The notes beneath the pieces were generated by a model. That model was not told the DNA's origin. It did not search any database and saw only the letters and a program-made list of their open reading frames with translations. From Colwellia polaris (lineage in GTDB: Archaea; Nanohalarchaeota; Nanosalinia; Nanosalinales; Nanosalinaceae), in NCBI GenBank assembly GCA_047617785.1, contig JBLGBK010000006.1, positions 1 to 47,983 on the forward strand: DNA of 47,983 nt. Direction: 5' to 3'. How positions within the stretch are numbered: position 1 is the first letter of the stretch; the number at the start of each line of letters is the position of its first letter. The position numbers were made by a program, and so were the translations under genes. Shown in pieces: positions 9,295 to 19,803 of the stretch.

Positions 9295-11826
9295 ATGGCA
9301 GATATCAACTTCCTGATCGATAGCTTGAAAGAGAAACTCGCGGGGGAAGGGAAAGAAGACCAGAGTGGAGATAAATATCCAGACATGAACTATGTAGTTG
9401 GAAATACCTCGGGGATGGATGTTTCTGCCGACATACCGTCTCCACTGGATCAGAGAATCGGGCGTATGGCGCAAATTGGAGGAGAGATGATGGAGGTCCA
9501 ACTAGCTAATCCGGCCACGTTCAAAATCGACCGTCCGGAACTGATGAATGTTCTCAATCAGTTGGGGCTGGACATAACCCTGCATGCTGATCCGAATATC
9601 GGTTTCACAGGAGCATACGCTACAAGAGGCGCACAGGTGCAGGGATATACGGTGGTGCACAGATACTTCAAACGTTACCTTGAGCAGCTAGCAGGTTTTA
9701 AGAAGGATAAAGAAAGAAGAGAGGAAGAACAGGACGAATTTGGTTTTGATATAGGATATGTGAATATACACGCTTCGACAGAGCCAATACCAGGTCTTGA
9801 AGAACAGATTGCATCTGATGTATCTGTTGATCCGTTTGGAATACCTATTAAGGATGTAAAGGCTGGTGATGATGAAGGAAAGAATATTTACCGTAACAGA
9901 GCCTTTATGAGGAAATTTTTCGACTACTTTCTAGACGAGCTATTTGAAGTGCTTAGAATGTATCCTGTTTTCGGGCAGTACTCTCCTTTATTCAAAAAGA
10001 AATGGAATAATAGAAAGGAAGAAGTTGTTGATCTTATATTTGAGTCTGATACCAATCTTACAGGCGAAATAAATCGTAAAGATAAAATAAGACTTTTACA
10101 GAATGCTTCAAGACACGATAGAGTTGGAAATACTTTCAAAGAAGTGATGATGAATCAAGAAGTAGATATTCATCTGGAAGAGACTATAGAAATTCCTCAA
10201 GAAGATGAAGAAGAGCCTATGGAGCGTAAGTTCGAGCAGGATATAGGAAGTCTAAAACAGCTCTTCGAGTCAGTGGTTCAGAGTCCGCTTAGTTTACAAA
10301 ATCTTGATAGCTTTCTGTTTGAGCTAGATCATGAGCCTTCAGTTACTATAGGAAGACGAGGCGAACAACCTATAGAGAAAGAGTTGTCTAGCAGTCAGAT
10401 TCGTGAAGCAAAGGAGGCGCTAGATGAGGTTATAAGAGTTATATGGAAGAAAGATGAAGACATCGACGGGGTTGAAAGAACTCTATCGCTTGAAGCTAAG
10501 CAGCAGGCAATATTCTCCACTCTGAATGACTTGTCTCAAGAAGAGTTCAGAGAATATGCGGATAATGATGAGGGTATACAGGAAGCAGCGAGATCAACTT
10601 TCTCAGGAGGAGAAGAATATTACGAAGGAACTGATAATACTCATCTAGATCTATTCCAGCATCTAATGGAAAAAGGGAGAATGCCTATAGGTAGAGAACT
10701 TGATAAGGAATCTGTTATGTTCTTCCATGTTCTTCCTGCGTGGATGCAGGTAGCTCATAAAGAATATGAAGGTCATAAAGGCTTTCCTGCGGCTAAATTC
10801 ATATGGGAGCAGGTTGTAGGAAATGGTTATGAAGGATACAGCGACTTCAAGAAGTGGACTGAAGAGGATAGAGGCTTCCGTCTTAACGTGATAGCGGCTG
10901 TAGGGTGCTCATACATCTGGGGTCATTTTACTCAGTATGAAGACCATTTTGAGATATCTGAAGAAAACTATAATACCGAGGATAATTTCTTTGAAGAAGA
11001 TGATGATTATACCTGGATTGAGTGGATGAACAAGTTCGGTCTTACAGTTAACTTTGAGGCAATGTATGGTGATCCGGGAAGTCTTCTACGTGTTTGGCGT
11101 CCAAAGGATATTGCAACAGTTTGTAGAGCTATAAATCGTACTGCGGAAAGATACAGTAGTGAGTGGGAGCAAGAGTACAAAGGAGATATTACTAAATTCA
11201 CAATCGATATGGAGCATACCGCTAGCTTCGGAGTCGACCCATGGCCAGAAATGGAAAAACTTATTGAACAGGAAAGAGCCCTCGGCGAAGAAGGCGGCTA
11301 CGGTGTAGATGAAGACAAACCTCTAGCAGATATAGTGAAGACATACCACCTCACCAAGCCGGGATTTGAATCCTCCCAAAGCCATAGACACGGACCGTTC
11401 GCTCGCGGAGACAAAACTCTCTATAGATGGCTTTACAGAATGGTGGAGAGCGGTTTCACACGTGTAGGAGAAGACTCCGACCCCGCTGTAGTTATGTTCG
11501 AAGTAGGAGGAGAGTACGCAGAAGAGATGTACGTGATAAGAGTAGTATTGGATATGATTAGGCTGGGTATAGAGCCAAATGATGTCGATCCAAGCCGAGT
11601 TCCTATGGATGGTGACTATGAAACAATTGAACAGCAACTAATCGCACGCTTCTACGGTATGGACCAATCACGATTCAACCGTGAATGGGCCAAAATTGAG
11701 GAACACGCCTTCGACCCATTATCAGGACTACTAGAAGCAGAGGAATTCGACTACACATGGAGCGGAAGAGCAGCAATTTCTCGCGAGATGCGTCCACCAG
11801 AATGGAACCAAGAAGAATACAGGTAA
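9295..11826 (+). CDS. Large xylose-isomerase/AP-endonuclease-2-like TIM-barrel metalloprotein with a large insertion
   Basis: Ordered strand-end motifs TLHA, NIHAS, NFEAM, TIDMEH, TYHL, HRH, MFE; about 400-aa insert between NIHAS and NFEAM. Confidence 0.65.
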   Translation: MADINFLIDSLKEKLAGEGKEDQSGDKYPDMNYVVGNTSGMDVSADIPSPLDQRIGRMAQIGGEMMEVQLANPATFKIDRPELMNVLNQLGLDITLHADPNIGFTGAYATRGAQVQGYTVVHRYFKRYLEQLAGFKKDKERREEEQDEFGFDIGYVNIHASTEPIPGLEEQIASDVSVDPFGIPIKDVKAGDDEGKNIYRNRAFMRKFFDYFLDELFEVLRMYPVFGQYSPLFKKKWNNRKEEVVDLIFESDTNLTGEINRKDKIRLLQNASRHDRVGNTFKEVMMNQEVDIHLEETIEIPQEDEEEPMERKFEQDIGSLKQLFESVVQSPLSLQNLDSFLFELDHEPSVTIGRRGEQPIEKELSSSQIREAKEALDEVIRVIWKKDEDIDGVERTLSLEAKQQAIFSTLNDLSQEEFREYADNDEGIQEAARSTFSGGEEYYEGTDNTHLDLFQHLMEKGRMPIGRELDKESVMFFHVLPAWMQVAHKEYEGHKGFPAAKFIWEQVVGNGYEGYSDFKKWTEEDRGFRLNVIAAVGCSYIWGHFTQYEDHFEISEENYNTEDNFFEEDDDYTWIEWMNKFGLTVNFEAMYGDPGSLLRVWRPKDIATVCRAINRTAERYSSEWEQEYKGDITKFTIDMEHTASFGVDPWPEMEKLIEQERALGEEGGYGVDEDKPLADIVKTYHLTKPGFESSQSHRHGPFARGDKTLYRWLYRMVESGFTRVGEDSDPAVVMFEVGGEYAEEMYVIRVVLDMIRLGIEPNDVDPSRVPMDGDYETIEQQLIARFYGMDQSRFNREWAKIEEHAFDPLSGLLEAEEFDYTWSGRAAISREMRPPEWNQEEYR

Positions 11827-11909
11827 GGCAAATTCGCCAGTCTATCTCGGTTTCCAAATTTTAAAAGGTTCCGAAACCCTCTCATAACTATAAGGAAGGT
11901 AACTAAGCC

Positions 11910-13175
11910 ATGGTTTCTAAAGACAAGATGAAGGAGATGAGAGAGAAGTCGCAAGAAAGAAGAATGGAAGCGGCACAAGAATTCTCAGACAAGCTGAACG
12001 AAAAACTAGGCGACAAAGTCAAGGTAGTAGCTGTCTGGGGAAGCGTCTCCAAAGGAGAACACGGCTACGACAGCGATATCGACACTCTCGTAATACTAGA
12101 CGACACCAAACTACAGAAAGATGTACCAGACGATGCAAAAGACAAGATCCGGAAAAAAGTAACCAACCTGGCGAAGGAAACCGACGACCGTATAACAATA
12201 CAATACTTCCCATTCCTAACAGAATTCTGGGACTCACTACGTAAAGGAGAGCCATTAGCAATAGAAGCAGTAAGACATGGCGATCCCGTATACGATACAG
12301 GGCTTTTCATGCCTGCGAAGAGACTTCTACAGAGAGGAAAAATCTCTGGAACACAAGAATCAGTGAAGAAACGACTAAAGACAGCAGCAGCAGGATACAA
12401 GAAAGCAGAAAAAACAGTAAAGTCCTCAACGCCACACAAACTCGAGCAGGCTATGGCAAACGCAGGGCAAGGCCCAATAATGCTGGCAGGAAAGGCTCCG
12501 CCAGGCAAGGAAAAAGTTCCTGACGTACTTGAAGAAATGTTTGTAGAAAAAGGTATGCTTGAACAAGAGTACGTCGATATGGCTCGAGAAATCTATGAAC
12601 TAGGAGATAAAGGAGAGAAGAACCCGGGAGAAGTTACCGGAGAAGAGATTGAAGAAGTACTTAACAAGACAGACGACTTCGTCCGCAGAATGCACAAACT
12701 TGTCTCACAGCTATCCGCAGAGAGAAAAGTCAAAGGCATAGTAGACGATTACAAGAAATTCCTTAAGGCAAATATTGCAGCGCTCCGATCAAAGGGAGTT
12801 GAGCCTCCAAAGGACAAGGAAAATCTCCCTAGCGTGGTAGAAGAGAATCTAGATGTAGATAATAAGCACATCGAGATGTTTGAACGATGGGAGCATGTTA
12901 TCAGCAAGATTAAGGACAAGGAGCTGGATGAAGTCGACGAGAAGGAGATATACGAACTGAAGAATGAATCACAGGACTTCGTCTCCGATGTTGGAAAGGA
13001 TATCCAGAAGATGAAAGAAGATCAGAAGGCCAAGAACATGACTCCTCAAATGGATACGAACTCCATAGCTAAAGCAGCTAACACAGAAGAAGTAGTGCCT
13101 GATCTAGACAAGGAAGCTGAGAGAAAGGCAGAAGAAGACATCGACGATGAGGACGAAGAACCTGAGAAACCGTAA
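11910..13175 (+). CDS. Minimal nucleotidyltransferase (Pol-beta superfamily) fused to a HEPN-like helical domain
   Basis: VWGSVSKGEHGYDSDIDTLVILDD (hGS...DxD); HEPN-like segment LEQAMANAGQGPIMLAGKAPP...MFVEKGMLEQEY. Confidence 0.75.
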   Translation: MVSKDKMKEMREKSQERRMEAAQEFSDKLNEKLGDKVKVVAVWGSVSKGEHGYDSDIDTLVILDDTKLQKDVPDDAKDKIRKKVTNLAKETDDRITIQYFPFLTEFWDSLRKGEPLAIEAVRHGDPVYDTGLFMPAKRLLQRGKISGTQESVKKRLKTAAAGYKKAEKTVKSSTPHKLEQAMANAGQGPIMLAGKAPPGKEKVPDVLEEMFVEKGMLEQEYVDMAREIYELGDKGEKNPGEVTGEEIEEVLNKTDDFVRRMHKLVSQLSAERKVKGIVDDYKKFLKANIAALRSKGVEPPKDKENLPSVVEENLDVDNKHIEMFERWEHVISKIKDKELDEVDEKEIYELKNESQDFVSDVGKDIQKMKEDQKAKNMTPQMDTNSIAKAANTEEVVPDLDKEAERKAEEDIDDEDEEPEKP

Positions 13176-13199
13176 GATCTCTTTATCTTCTATTCTATT

Positions 13200-13634
13200 T
13201 TAATTTTCATCTGGAAAAAGATACTCTCGTATATGTGAATGCTCCAGGGACCAGACCATATCTTCTACTTCTGGCTTCTTCACGAAGTCAGGATCTCCTT
13301 CCCAAGAACCGTTTTTCTCACCTTGAATTACTTCTGCTTCGAAGAACACTGTGAAGCCACAGCTTTCATGCGTACGGATATCAAGAATATTATGTATTTC
13401 AACTTCAAAACCTGTTTCCTCGCTTACTTCTCGGGCAGCAGCTTCTTTAGGATCCTCTCCTGCTTTAATCAAGCCTCCTGGAAGACGGTATTCGCCATCA
13501 AGGTTCAGTACTAGAATGTCGTTGTTTTCTCCATGCGCAAGTACTGCTACAGAAGGTACGGACCAGAATATTCTGCTTAGAATTCGTGCTCCATATTTTT
13601 CCGGGTAATTCTTCACGAATTTTCCAAGGTTCAT
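13200..13634 (-). CDS. NUDIX hydrolase
   Basis: Nudix box GGLIKAGEDPKEAAAREVSEETG; likely ATG start at 13634. Confidence 0.9.
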   Translation of the reverse strand: MNLGKFVKNYPEKYGARILSRIFWSVPSVAVLAHGENNDILVLNLDGEYRLPGGLIKAGEDPKEAAAREVSEETGFEVEIHNILDIRTHESCGFTVFFEAEVIQGEKNGSWEGDPDFVKKPEVEDMVWSLEHSHIREYLFPDEN

Positions 13635-13661
13635 ATAGTTTAATTTAACCAACTTTGGTTT

Positions 13662-14039
13662 ATGAGAGTTCTATTTATTTGTGAAGGAAACCGTTTCAGA
13701 AGCATGATTGCAGAAGCATTCGCAAAAAGAGAAGGAATCGAAGCTGACTCGGCAGGAACTGAAGCCACAGGACCAATCTTCGATGAAGTGAAACAACTCG
13801 TTCAAGAATACGACTTGGAGGACTATGTAGATTACAATCCGGAGCAGGTCAATAAGGATAAAGTTGATTCAGCAGATAGAATTGTCTGTATGACGGAAGA
13901 TCAGGCAGAATTTGTCCAGAAGATCTACAGTGCTAAACATGAAAACGTAGAAGTTTGGAATATAGAGGATGCAGATCCAGAAGATAATCTTGAGCCAGTA
14001 ATGGAGGACTTGTTCCAGAAAGTTTTGAATATGAAATAA
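13662..14039 (+). CDS. Low-molecular-weight protein-tyrosine phosphatase / ArsC-family protein
   Basis: P-loop FICEGNRFRS, ADSAG, WNIED. Confidence 0.85.
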   Translation: MRVLFICEGNRFRSMIAEAFAKREGIEADSAGTEATGPIFDEVKQLVQEYDLEDYVDYNPEQVNKDKVDSADRIVCMTEDQAEFVQKIYSAKHENVEVWNIEDADPEDNLEPVMEDLFQKVLNMK

Positions 14040-14050
14040 AAAGAGAGGGT

Positions 14051-14680
14051 TTAATCCTCTTCAGACATTTCTTTAACCTTCTTCATACGGAAGGTTTCCT
14101 CTCGCTCACTTTCTTCTAGAGATTGGGAAACGTAGTCTAGTGAATCCTTCATTTCTGGAATAACTTTGTGCTCAAGAGCGTTCACACGTCTCTTCGTCTT
14201 CTCGATCTCTTCAAGAAGTCGCAGGATCTTTGTCTGTGTCTCTGCTGCATCAATAATCTTCTCAACAAGTTCTTCATACTTGTCTGCTGTTGAGTCAATT
14301 CTTGATGTTGCTGAAGTGATACCGTATTCCCGTGATAGGATATCGGTTCGAACTTTTTCGGAACTGATTTCTGGAACGACTACCCCCATGATGTTAGTAG
14401 TAGTCGACTCTACAGTAGGCTCTTGGCTGATAGACATGGCGCTTGAACGTACGGCATCTTCTCCGTCGTACACCTTCGCCATCAGAAGCTTTAGACGTGC
14501 TTGGGAGTAGAGCTGAGCTAGTTCCTCATTGACGTCCTGTGCATCGCCGATGACCTGCATGAATTCATGGATGAGACCATCTCGTTTCTTCTCAAGGATT
14601 TCATGTCCGTTCTCTGCTAGATCTATTCTATCCTTTAAACGGAGTTCTTCGCTTCGTGTTGGACTTATGTCCTCAGCCAT
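14051..14680 (-). CDS. atpD: A/V-type ATP synthase subunit D
   Basis: PTRSEELRLK...GHEILEKKRDGL; EIEKTKRRVNALEH. Confidence 0.97.
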   Translation of the reverse strand: MAEDISPTRSEELRLKDRIDLAENGHEILEKKRDGLIHEFMQVIGDAQDVNEELAQLYSQARLKLLMAKVYDGEDAVRSSAMSISQEPTVESTTTNIMGVVVPEISSEKVRTDILSREYGITSATSRIDSTADKYEELVEKIIDAAETQTKILRLLEEIEKTKRRVNALEHKVIPEMKDSLDYVSQSLEESEREETFRMKKVKEMSEED

Positions 14681-14695
14681 GACTCAGGTCACCTC

Positions 14696-16075
14696 TTATT
14701 CCTCTTCTACCTGTGAAAGGTATTTTTCACGGGTTTCAGGATCGATTCTTGTAAGCTCATCTTCAGGCAGAATTGAAAGTAGCTCCCATCCAATCTGAAG
14801 AGAATCTTCAATATCTCTGTTCTCATCGAATCCTTGGTCGACGAACTTCTTCTCGAACTGTCTTGCAAACTCGAGAACCTTCTCGTCTCTATCGGAAAGT
14901 GCGTCCTCCCCAACGATGGATACTAGATCTCGAAGGCTTTCTCCTTCCGCATACATTGCGTAAAGCTGATCCTTCACATCAGGGTGATCGGCTCGGGTGA
15001 AACCTTCGCCAATACCGTTGTCCATCAGCCGGGAAAGGCTTGGAAGGATATCGATCGGAGGTTGATAGCCTTTATTGTCAAGATCTCTGTCGACGACGAT
15101 CTGTCCCTCGGTAATGTATCCTGTGAGGTCAGGAATTGGGTGTGTCTTGTCGTCGTTAGGCATTGTCAGGATTGGGATTTGTGTAACAGAACCATCTCTA
15201 CCCTGGATTAGTCCTGCTCGTTCGTAGAGCTCTGCCAGGTTTGTGTACATGTATCCTGGGTATCCTCTTCGTCCCGGTACTTCTTCTCGGGCTGCGGATA
15301 CTTCTCGCAGTGCGTTACAGTAGTTGGTCATATCTGTCATAATGACAAGTACTTCCATTCCTTGATCGTATGCAAGATACTCTGCTGTGGTCAGTGCGAG
15401 TCGTGGTGTGATCAGTCGTTCTGGTGCTGGATCATCTGCCTTGTTCAGGAACACTACTGAGCGTTCAAGCGCTCCTGTTTCGCGGAATTCTTCCATGAAC
15501 TGCTGGCTTTCCTCTTCTGTAATTCCCATTCCTGCGAATACTACAGCGAAGTCGCTGTCGTTGCCTTTTACCTCTGCCTGCCGGGCAACCTGCATAGCTA
15601 CTTCGTTGTGAGGAAGTCCAGATCCTGAGAAGATTGGAAGCTTCTGACCTCTAACTAGAGTATTGGTGACGTCAATTGTGGAGATGCCGGTCTGGATGAA
15701 GTCTTCAGGTAGTTCTCGGCTTGAAGGATTGATTGCTTCTCCCTGAATGTCTCGTTCTTCATCTGGAATGATTTCTGGACCCTCATCGATTGGGTCGCCT
15801 GTTCCGTCTAGGATTCTTCCTAGAAGATCTTCTGTTACAGGCATCTTTACGTTCTCGCCCATGAAGCGGACGTGTGCATCCTGACCGATTCCCTGTGTTT
15901 CCTCGTATACCTGTACGACTACTACGTCTTTACTGGTTTCAAGGACTTCTCCTTTCTTTGTTTCGCCATCTGGAGTTTCGATTTCTACAATGTCTCCATA
16001 GGCTACGTCGTGGGTTTTCTCTACGTATACGAGAGGTCCGGAAATTTCGTTGATTGTCTTGTATTCTTCTTGCAT
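14696..16075 (-). CDS. atpB: A/V-type ATP synthase subunit B
   Basis: [16 protein letters not shown]; [12 protein letters not shown]; [15 protein letters not shown]. Confidence 0.98.
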   Translation of the reverse strand: MQEEYKTINEISGPLVYVEKTHDVAYGDIVEIETPDGETKKGEVLETSKDVVVVQVYEETQGIGQDAHVRFMGENVKMPVTEDLLGRILDGTGDPIDEGPEIIPDEERDIQGEAINPSSRELPEDFIQTGISTIDVTNTLVRGQKLPIFSGSGLPHNEVAMQVARQAEVKGNDSDFAVVFAGMGITEEESQQFMEEFRETGALERSVVFLNKADDPAPERLITPRLALTTAEYLAYDQGMEVLVIMTDMTNYCNALREVSAAREEVPGRRGYPGYMYTNLAELYERAGLIQGRDGSVTQIPILTMPNDDKTHPIPDLTGYITEGQIVVDRDLDNKGYQPPIDILPSLSRLMDNGIGEGFTRADHPDVKDQLYAMYAEGESLRDLVSIVGEDALSDRDEKVLEFARQFEKKFVDQGFDENRDIEDSLQIGWELLSILPEDELTRIDPETREKYLSQVEEE

Positions 16076-16088
16076 TTTAGTGACACCT

Positions 16089-17825
16089 CTATTGGTTGAC
16101 TACCTCTTCAAACTCTTCGTCCATCTGTTCACGTATTTCTTCTTCAAGGTCTTCGTATTCTTCAGATGTTGCCATTTCGCTGACTCTGTTCTTGGAAGAG
16201 AGGCTGACGATGTCTTCAACCATCGCTCCTTCTTCGTGTGCTTCATATGCGCTGTCTCCCCAATCGAGAATCAGACTGATTATATTGTATGTCTTCTCTG
16301 GGCTACAGTATTGATCGACATCGTGGAAAGCGTTCTGCTGCAGGAAGAACTGTTTGATCATGGTTGCGATCTCCAGTGTGAGTCTTTCACGTTCTGGTAG
16401 TGCGTCCTTTCCAACTAGCTGTACTGTCTCCTGAAGTTCTCCGTCCTTCTGAAGAAGGTCTCGGGTTCTCTGAATCTTTTCTGTCCAGTCTTCTGCAACG
16501 TTCTCCTTGAAGTAGCCTTCAAGAGTATCCTTGTAACCGGAGTAACTGTCGTCCCAGTTGATTGATGGGAAGTGTCTTTTCTCAGCTAGATCTGCGTCTA
16601 GAGCCCAGAAGTTCTTGACTACTCTAAGTGTGTTCTGGGTTACAGGTTCAGAGAAGTCTCCTCCTGGAGGTGATACTGCTCCGATGATAGAGACAGATCC
16701 TGGATCTTGAGGTCCTAGAGGTATTCCTCTTCCTGCTCGCTCATAGAATTCTGCGAGTCTGGATGCTAGATATGCTGGGTATCCTCTTTCTCCAGGCATC
16801 TCTTCCAGTCGGGCTGATACTTCTCGCATTGCTTCTGCCCATCGAGAGGTGGAGTCCGCCATCAGTGCGACGTCCAGTCCCTGGTCTCTGAAGTATTCTG
16901 CGATTGTTACTCCTGTGTAGATTGATGCTTCTCGTGCTGCTACAGGCATGTTTGAAGTGTTTGCGATCAGTACTGTTCGATTAATGATTTTGTCCCCTGT
17001 CTGAGGGTCTTCTAGCTCTGGGAACTCTTCCAGTACTTCTGTCATCTCGTTTCCACGTTCTCCGCATCCGATGTATACGATGATGTCTGCGTCAGAGAAC
17101 TTTGCAAGTGATTGCTGTGTAACTGTTTTTCCAGATCCGAATGGTCCTGGAATTGCTGCTGTTCCTCCTTTTGCGATTGGGAAGAGTCCGTCAAGTACTC
17201 TCTGTCCTGTGATAAGTGGTACTTCTGGTCTTAGACTTTCTTCAACGTTTCTTGGCTGTCTGATAGGCCATTCCTGCCGCATTGAAATTTCTTCGCCGCT
17301 GTCAAGTTCTACTACTGTTTCTACTACATTGTGTTTTCCATCGTTGACTTCGGTTACTTCTGATTCTTCGATGTCTGGGGGTGTTAGTACTTTGTGTTCT
17401 CCGTACTGTACTTCTACTGTTCCGATTACGTCGCCGCCGCTGACTGTGTCTCCTTCTTCAACTTCTGGGTCGAAGTCGTATTCTTCTTCTAGGTCGATTC
17501 CTGGTGCGGTTTCTCCTCTTTCGATGAAGTCTCCTGTTTGTTCCTGTAGCTTTTCAAGTGGTCTCTGTAGTCCGTCGTAGATTGATCCGAGAAGTCCGGG
17601 ACCGAGTTCTACTGATAGTGGTTGCTCGGTATTCTTTACTGGTTCTCCTGGTTTTACTCCGGTTGTGTCTTCGTAGACCTGGATGTATGCGTGATCTCCT
17701 TCAATTTGGATGACCTCGCCCATCAGGCCTTCTTCTCCGACTTTTACAACGTCGTACATCTGCGGTTCCATTCCTGTCGCGATGACGACAGGTCCGGTTA
17801 CCTTGTAGATTTCTCCTTGTGACAT
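16089..17825 (-). CDS. atpA: A/V-type ATP synthase subunit A (no intein)
   Basis: [26 protein letters not shown]; start reassigned to ATG 17825 ([12 protein letters not shown]) after a GAGGT SD. Confidence 0.98.
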   Translation of the reverse strand: MSQGEIYKVTGPVVIATGMEPQMYDVVKVGEEGLMGEVIQIEGDHAYIQVYEDTTGVKPGEPVKNTEQPLSVELGPGLLGSIYDGLQRPLEKLQEQTGDFIERGETAPGIDLEEEYDFDPEVEEGDTVSGGDVIGTVEVQYGEHKVLTPPDIEESEVTEVNDGKHNVVETVVELDSGEEISMRQEWPIRQPRNVEESLRPEVPLITGQRVLDGLFPIAKGGTAAIPGPFGSGKTVTQQSLAKFSDADIIVYIGCGERGNEMTEVLEEFPELEDPQTGDKIINRTVLIANTSNMPVAAREASIYTGVTIAEYFRDQGLDVALMADSTSRWAEAMREVSARLEEMPGERGYPAYLASRLAEFYERAGRGIPLGPQDPGSVSIIGAVSPPGGDFSEPVTQNTLRVVKNFWALDADLAEKRHFPSINWDDSYSGYKDTLEGYFKENVAEDWTEKIQRTRDLLQKDGELQETVQLVGKDALPERERLTLEIATMIKQFFLQQNAFHDVDQYCSPEKTYNIISLILDWGDSAYEAHEEGAMVEDIVSLSSKNRVSEMATSEEYEDLEEEIREQMDEEFEEVVNQ

Positions 17826-17865
17826 TTTTTGTGTTACCTCTGTAGTATAGATTAAATCGTGTTTT

Positions 17866-18168
17866 TTATTGTGTGATATCGGCTCCGATAGCCTTCTTGA
17901 TTTTCTCCTGTAAGTGAACGCTTTCTGCATCCTGGCTTAGACTGACTACTACGGGATCAACGTTGTTCTGAACCTGATTCTGAATTCTCTTCGGTAATTC
18001 CTGTACGTCGTCCTGTTTTGCGATGATTATTCCCAGTTTTTCGCTGTCAAGTAGCTCCTGAACTGTTTCCTGGTAGTTTTCAGGATTGTAGATTTTCTGG
18101 ATACCTGCCAGCTGGAAGCCGGTTGTGAAGTCTTTGTCTCCTATTGCCGCTATTTCTTTCTTTTCCAT
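17866..18168 (-). CDS. atpF: A/V-type ATP synthase subunit F
   Basis: [18 protein letters not shown]; IKKAIGADI. Confidence 0.95.
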   Translation of the reverse strand: MEKKEIAAIGDKDFTTGFQLAGIQKIYNPENYQETVQELLDSEKLGIIIAKQDDVQELPKRIQNQVQNNVDPVVVSLSQDAESVHLQEKIKKAIGADITQ

Positions 18169-19169
18169 TATGCGATCACCAAATTGTTCTTGATTGTTTC
18201 CTGATTCTGGATGCCGGTTTCCTTGGCACGGATAAGCATCCGAAGATTTCTGACCTCGATGGTCTTCGCTACGATATAGCCGATGATGGATGTTATTCCA
18301 AGTGGTTCGCGGTGAAGCGTCTTTGTAGCGTTCTCTAGTCTCGCTACCTCTAGCTGGTGCTCGGCTTGTTCAAGGCCATTTTCTTCTTCAAAACGGATAT
18401 CTAGCTCTTCTTCAACTTTTTCAAGAGCCTCTTCTAGGTTCTTGCTGTTGATAACTTCTTCTACAACTCTGCTTTTTCCGTTCTTCAGAAGGTTCTCTCT
18501 GATCTCTTCCTCGTCTACGCCGTATTTCTTCAGTCTTAAAGCTATTTTCAGGTTCTCATACTCCATTTCCTCGCTGATGAACTTCTTCAGATGTTTATTC
18601 CTTATCTTGGATGCTAGAAGGTTCATTTCATCGAAGTATGCTTGATCAAGAGCTTTTTCTATCTCGTGAAGCTCTTCTTTATCTTCTACGTACTTCTGAT
18701 AGTTTATTCCTGAGTTCTCGAACTCTATATTATCTTTTATGTGGTCAAAGCTCTTTGTCGAAAGTTCTTCCAGTTCCTGAAGCGTGTAGCCTGTCACCGG
18801 GGTTAGAAGGCTGAGAACATCTTCCTTACTATCTGTTTTCTTTGCTCTTAGAAGTCTTTTTAGGCTTAGAATATCGTATCTTCTCAGGAACGTGGTCATT
18901 GTCTGTTCAAGTGTTTCAGGTGCGATATCTGATAGATGACTGAACGTGTTTGCAAGATTACGGGCTAATGCTAGTTCTACCAACCTTACGCCGTCGTACT
19001 GTGATCCTAGTTCGTCGATTTCTTTCTTGTACTCTCCTTCCTCCAGATTTCTTGCGATCTCGCTTGGAGACATTTTCACAAGCTTCTCGTAGTCTTTCTC
19101 GTCTAGAAGCTTGGCTTTCTTCGCGCTGACACGCGAGTACATGTAAGGGTAGTCGGTTGAGAGTCTCAT
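18168..19169 (-). CDS. atpC: A/V-type ATP synthase subunit C
   Basis: YPYMYSRVSAKKAKLL; EVRNLRMLIRAK; operon position. Confidence 0.93.
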   Translation of the reverse strand: MRLSTDYPYMYSRVSAKKAKLLDEKDYEKLVKMSPSEIARNLEEGEYKKEIDELGSQYDGVRLVELALARNLANTFSHLSDIAPETLEQTMTTFLRRYDILSLKRLLRAKKTDSKEDVLSLLTPVTGYTLQELEELSTKSFDHIKDNIEFENSGINYQKYVEDKEELHEIEKALDQAYFDEMNLLASKIRNKHLKKFISEEMEYENLKIALRLKKYGVDEEEIRENLLKNGKSRVVEEVINSKNLEEALEKVEEELDIRFEEENGLEQAEHQLEVARLENATKTLHREPLGITSIIGYIVAKTIEVRNLRMLIRAKETGIQNQETIKNNLVIA

Positions 19170-19708
19170 TTGAATAGTTTATCTGCAACCTGTTTTCGAT
19201 GATTTTCCTCGAATTCCTTGAAGATTTTCTCAAAGCTGTAGTCTCTACGTCTTTCGCCGTTCTCTGAAAGAACTACAAATCCGGGTTTATCTCTTTCTTC
19301 GAACTCTATGTCTGCATCATCTACTGCCTCTTGGAACTCGCTGCTACCTACTACTTTTCCTACTTCGAAACTGATTTCGTCAGTAGCGTTTTCCAACATG
19401 TTTTCTGCTTCTTCCTCTGATAGGTCTTTAATTTCTTCTTCGAATTCGTCGAAGACTTTGTTGATTTCGTCTTTTTGTGCTTCCAGCTTCTTTCTCTTAG
19501 CTTTCATGCGTGCATTGGAGATTTCTTTCTGCTCGATATCTTCCTTTTGATCTTCAATCTCCTGCTTCGCTTCTTCCTTGATTCTTTCTACTTCTTCCTT
19601 TGCTTCTTCCAGCTTTTCTTCTCTGTACTGTTCTGCTTCTTCCTTGATTTCTGCAGACTTTTCCTCTGCTTCGTCAAGTATTTCGTCTTTTACTTGTTGT
19701 AGTCCCAT
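19166..19708 (-). CDS. atpE: A/V-type ATP synthase subunit E
   Basis: MGLQQVKDEILDEAEEK; DYSFE; start reassigned to ATG 19708 after a GAGGT SD. Confidence 0.92.
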   Translation of the reverse strand: MGLQQVKDEILDEAEEKSAEIKEEAEQYREEKLEEAKEEVERIKEEAKQEIEDQKEDIEQKEISNARMKAKRKKLEAQKDEINKVFDEFEEEIKDLSEEEAENMLENATDEISFEVGKVVGSSEFQEAVDDADIEFEERDKPGFVVLSENGERRRDYSFEKIFKEFEENHRKQVADKLFK

Positions 19709-19803
19709 AGTATCTTTTTTGACCTCTTTATTCGTGTGTTCTTTGCGTATGTATGAAAAATAATGAGTGTGAACGGGCGTTGCCGCCCGCTTAGGGTTGT
19801 TGT

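Noticed and set aside
11910-13175. Classical MNT-HEPN toxin-antitoxin or CBASS cyclase
   Set aside because: No RxxxxH motif, no effector or Cap genes adjacent, and a core-genome context.
17826-17930. Long N-terminal extensions given by the ORF track (atpA, atpE, rpl15e, adkA, nth and others)
   Set aside because: They overlap upstream genes or promoters; SD sites and family N-termini support downstream ATGs.
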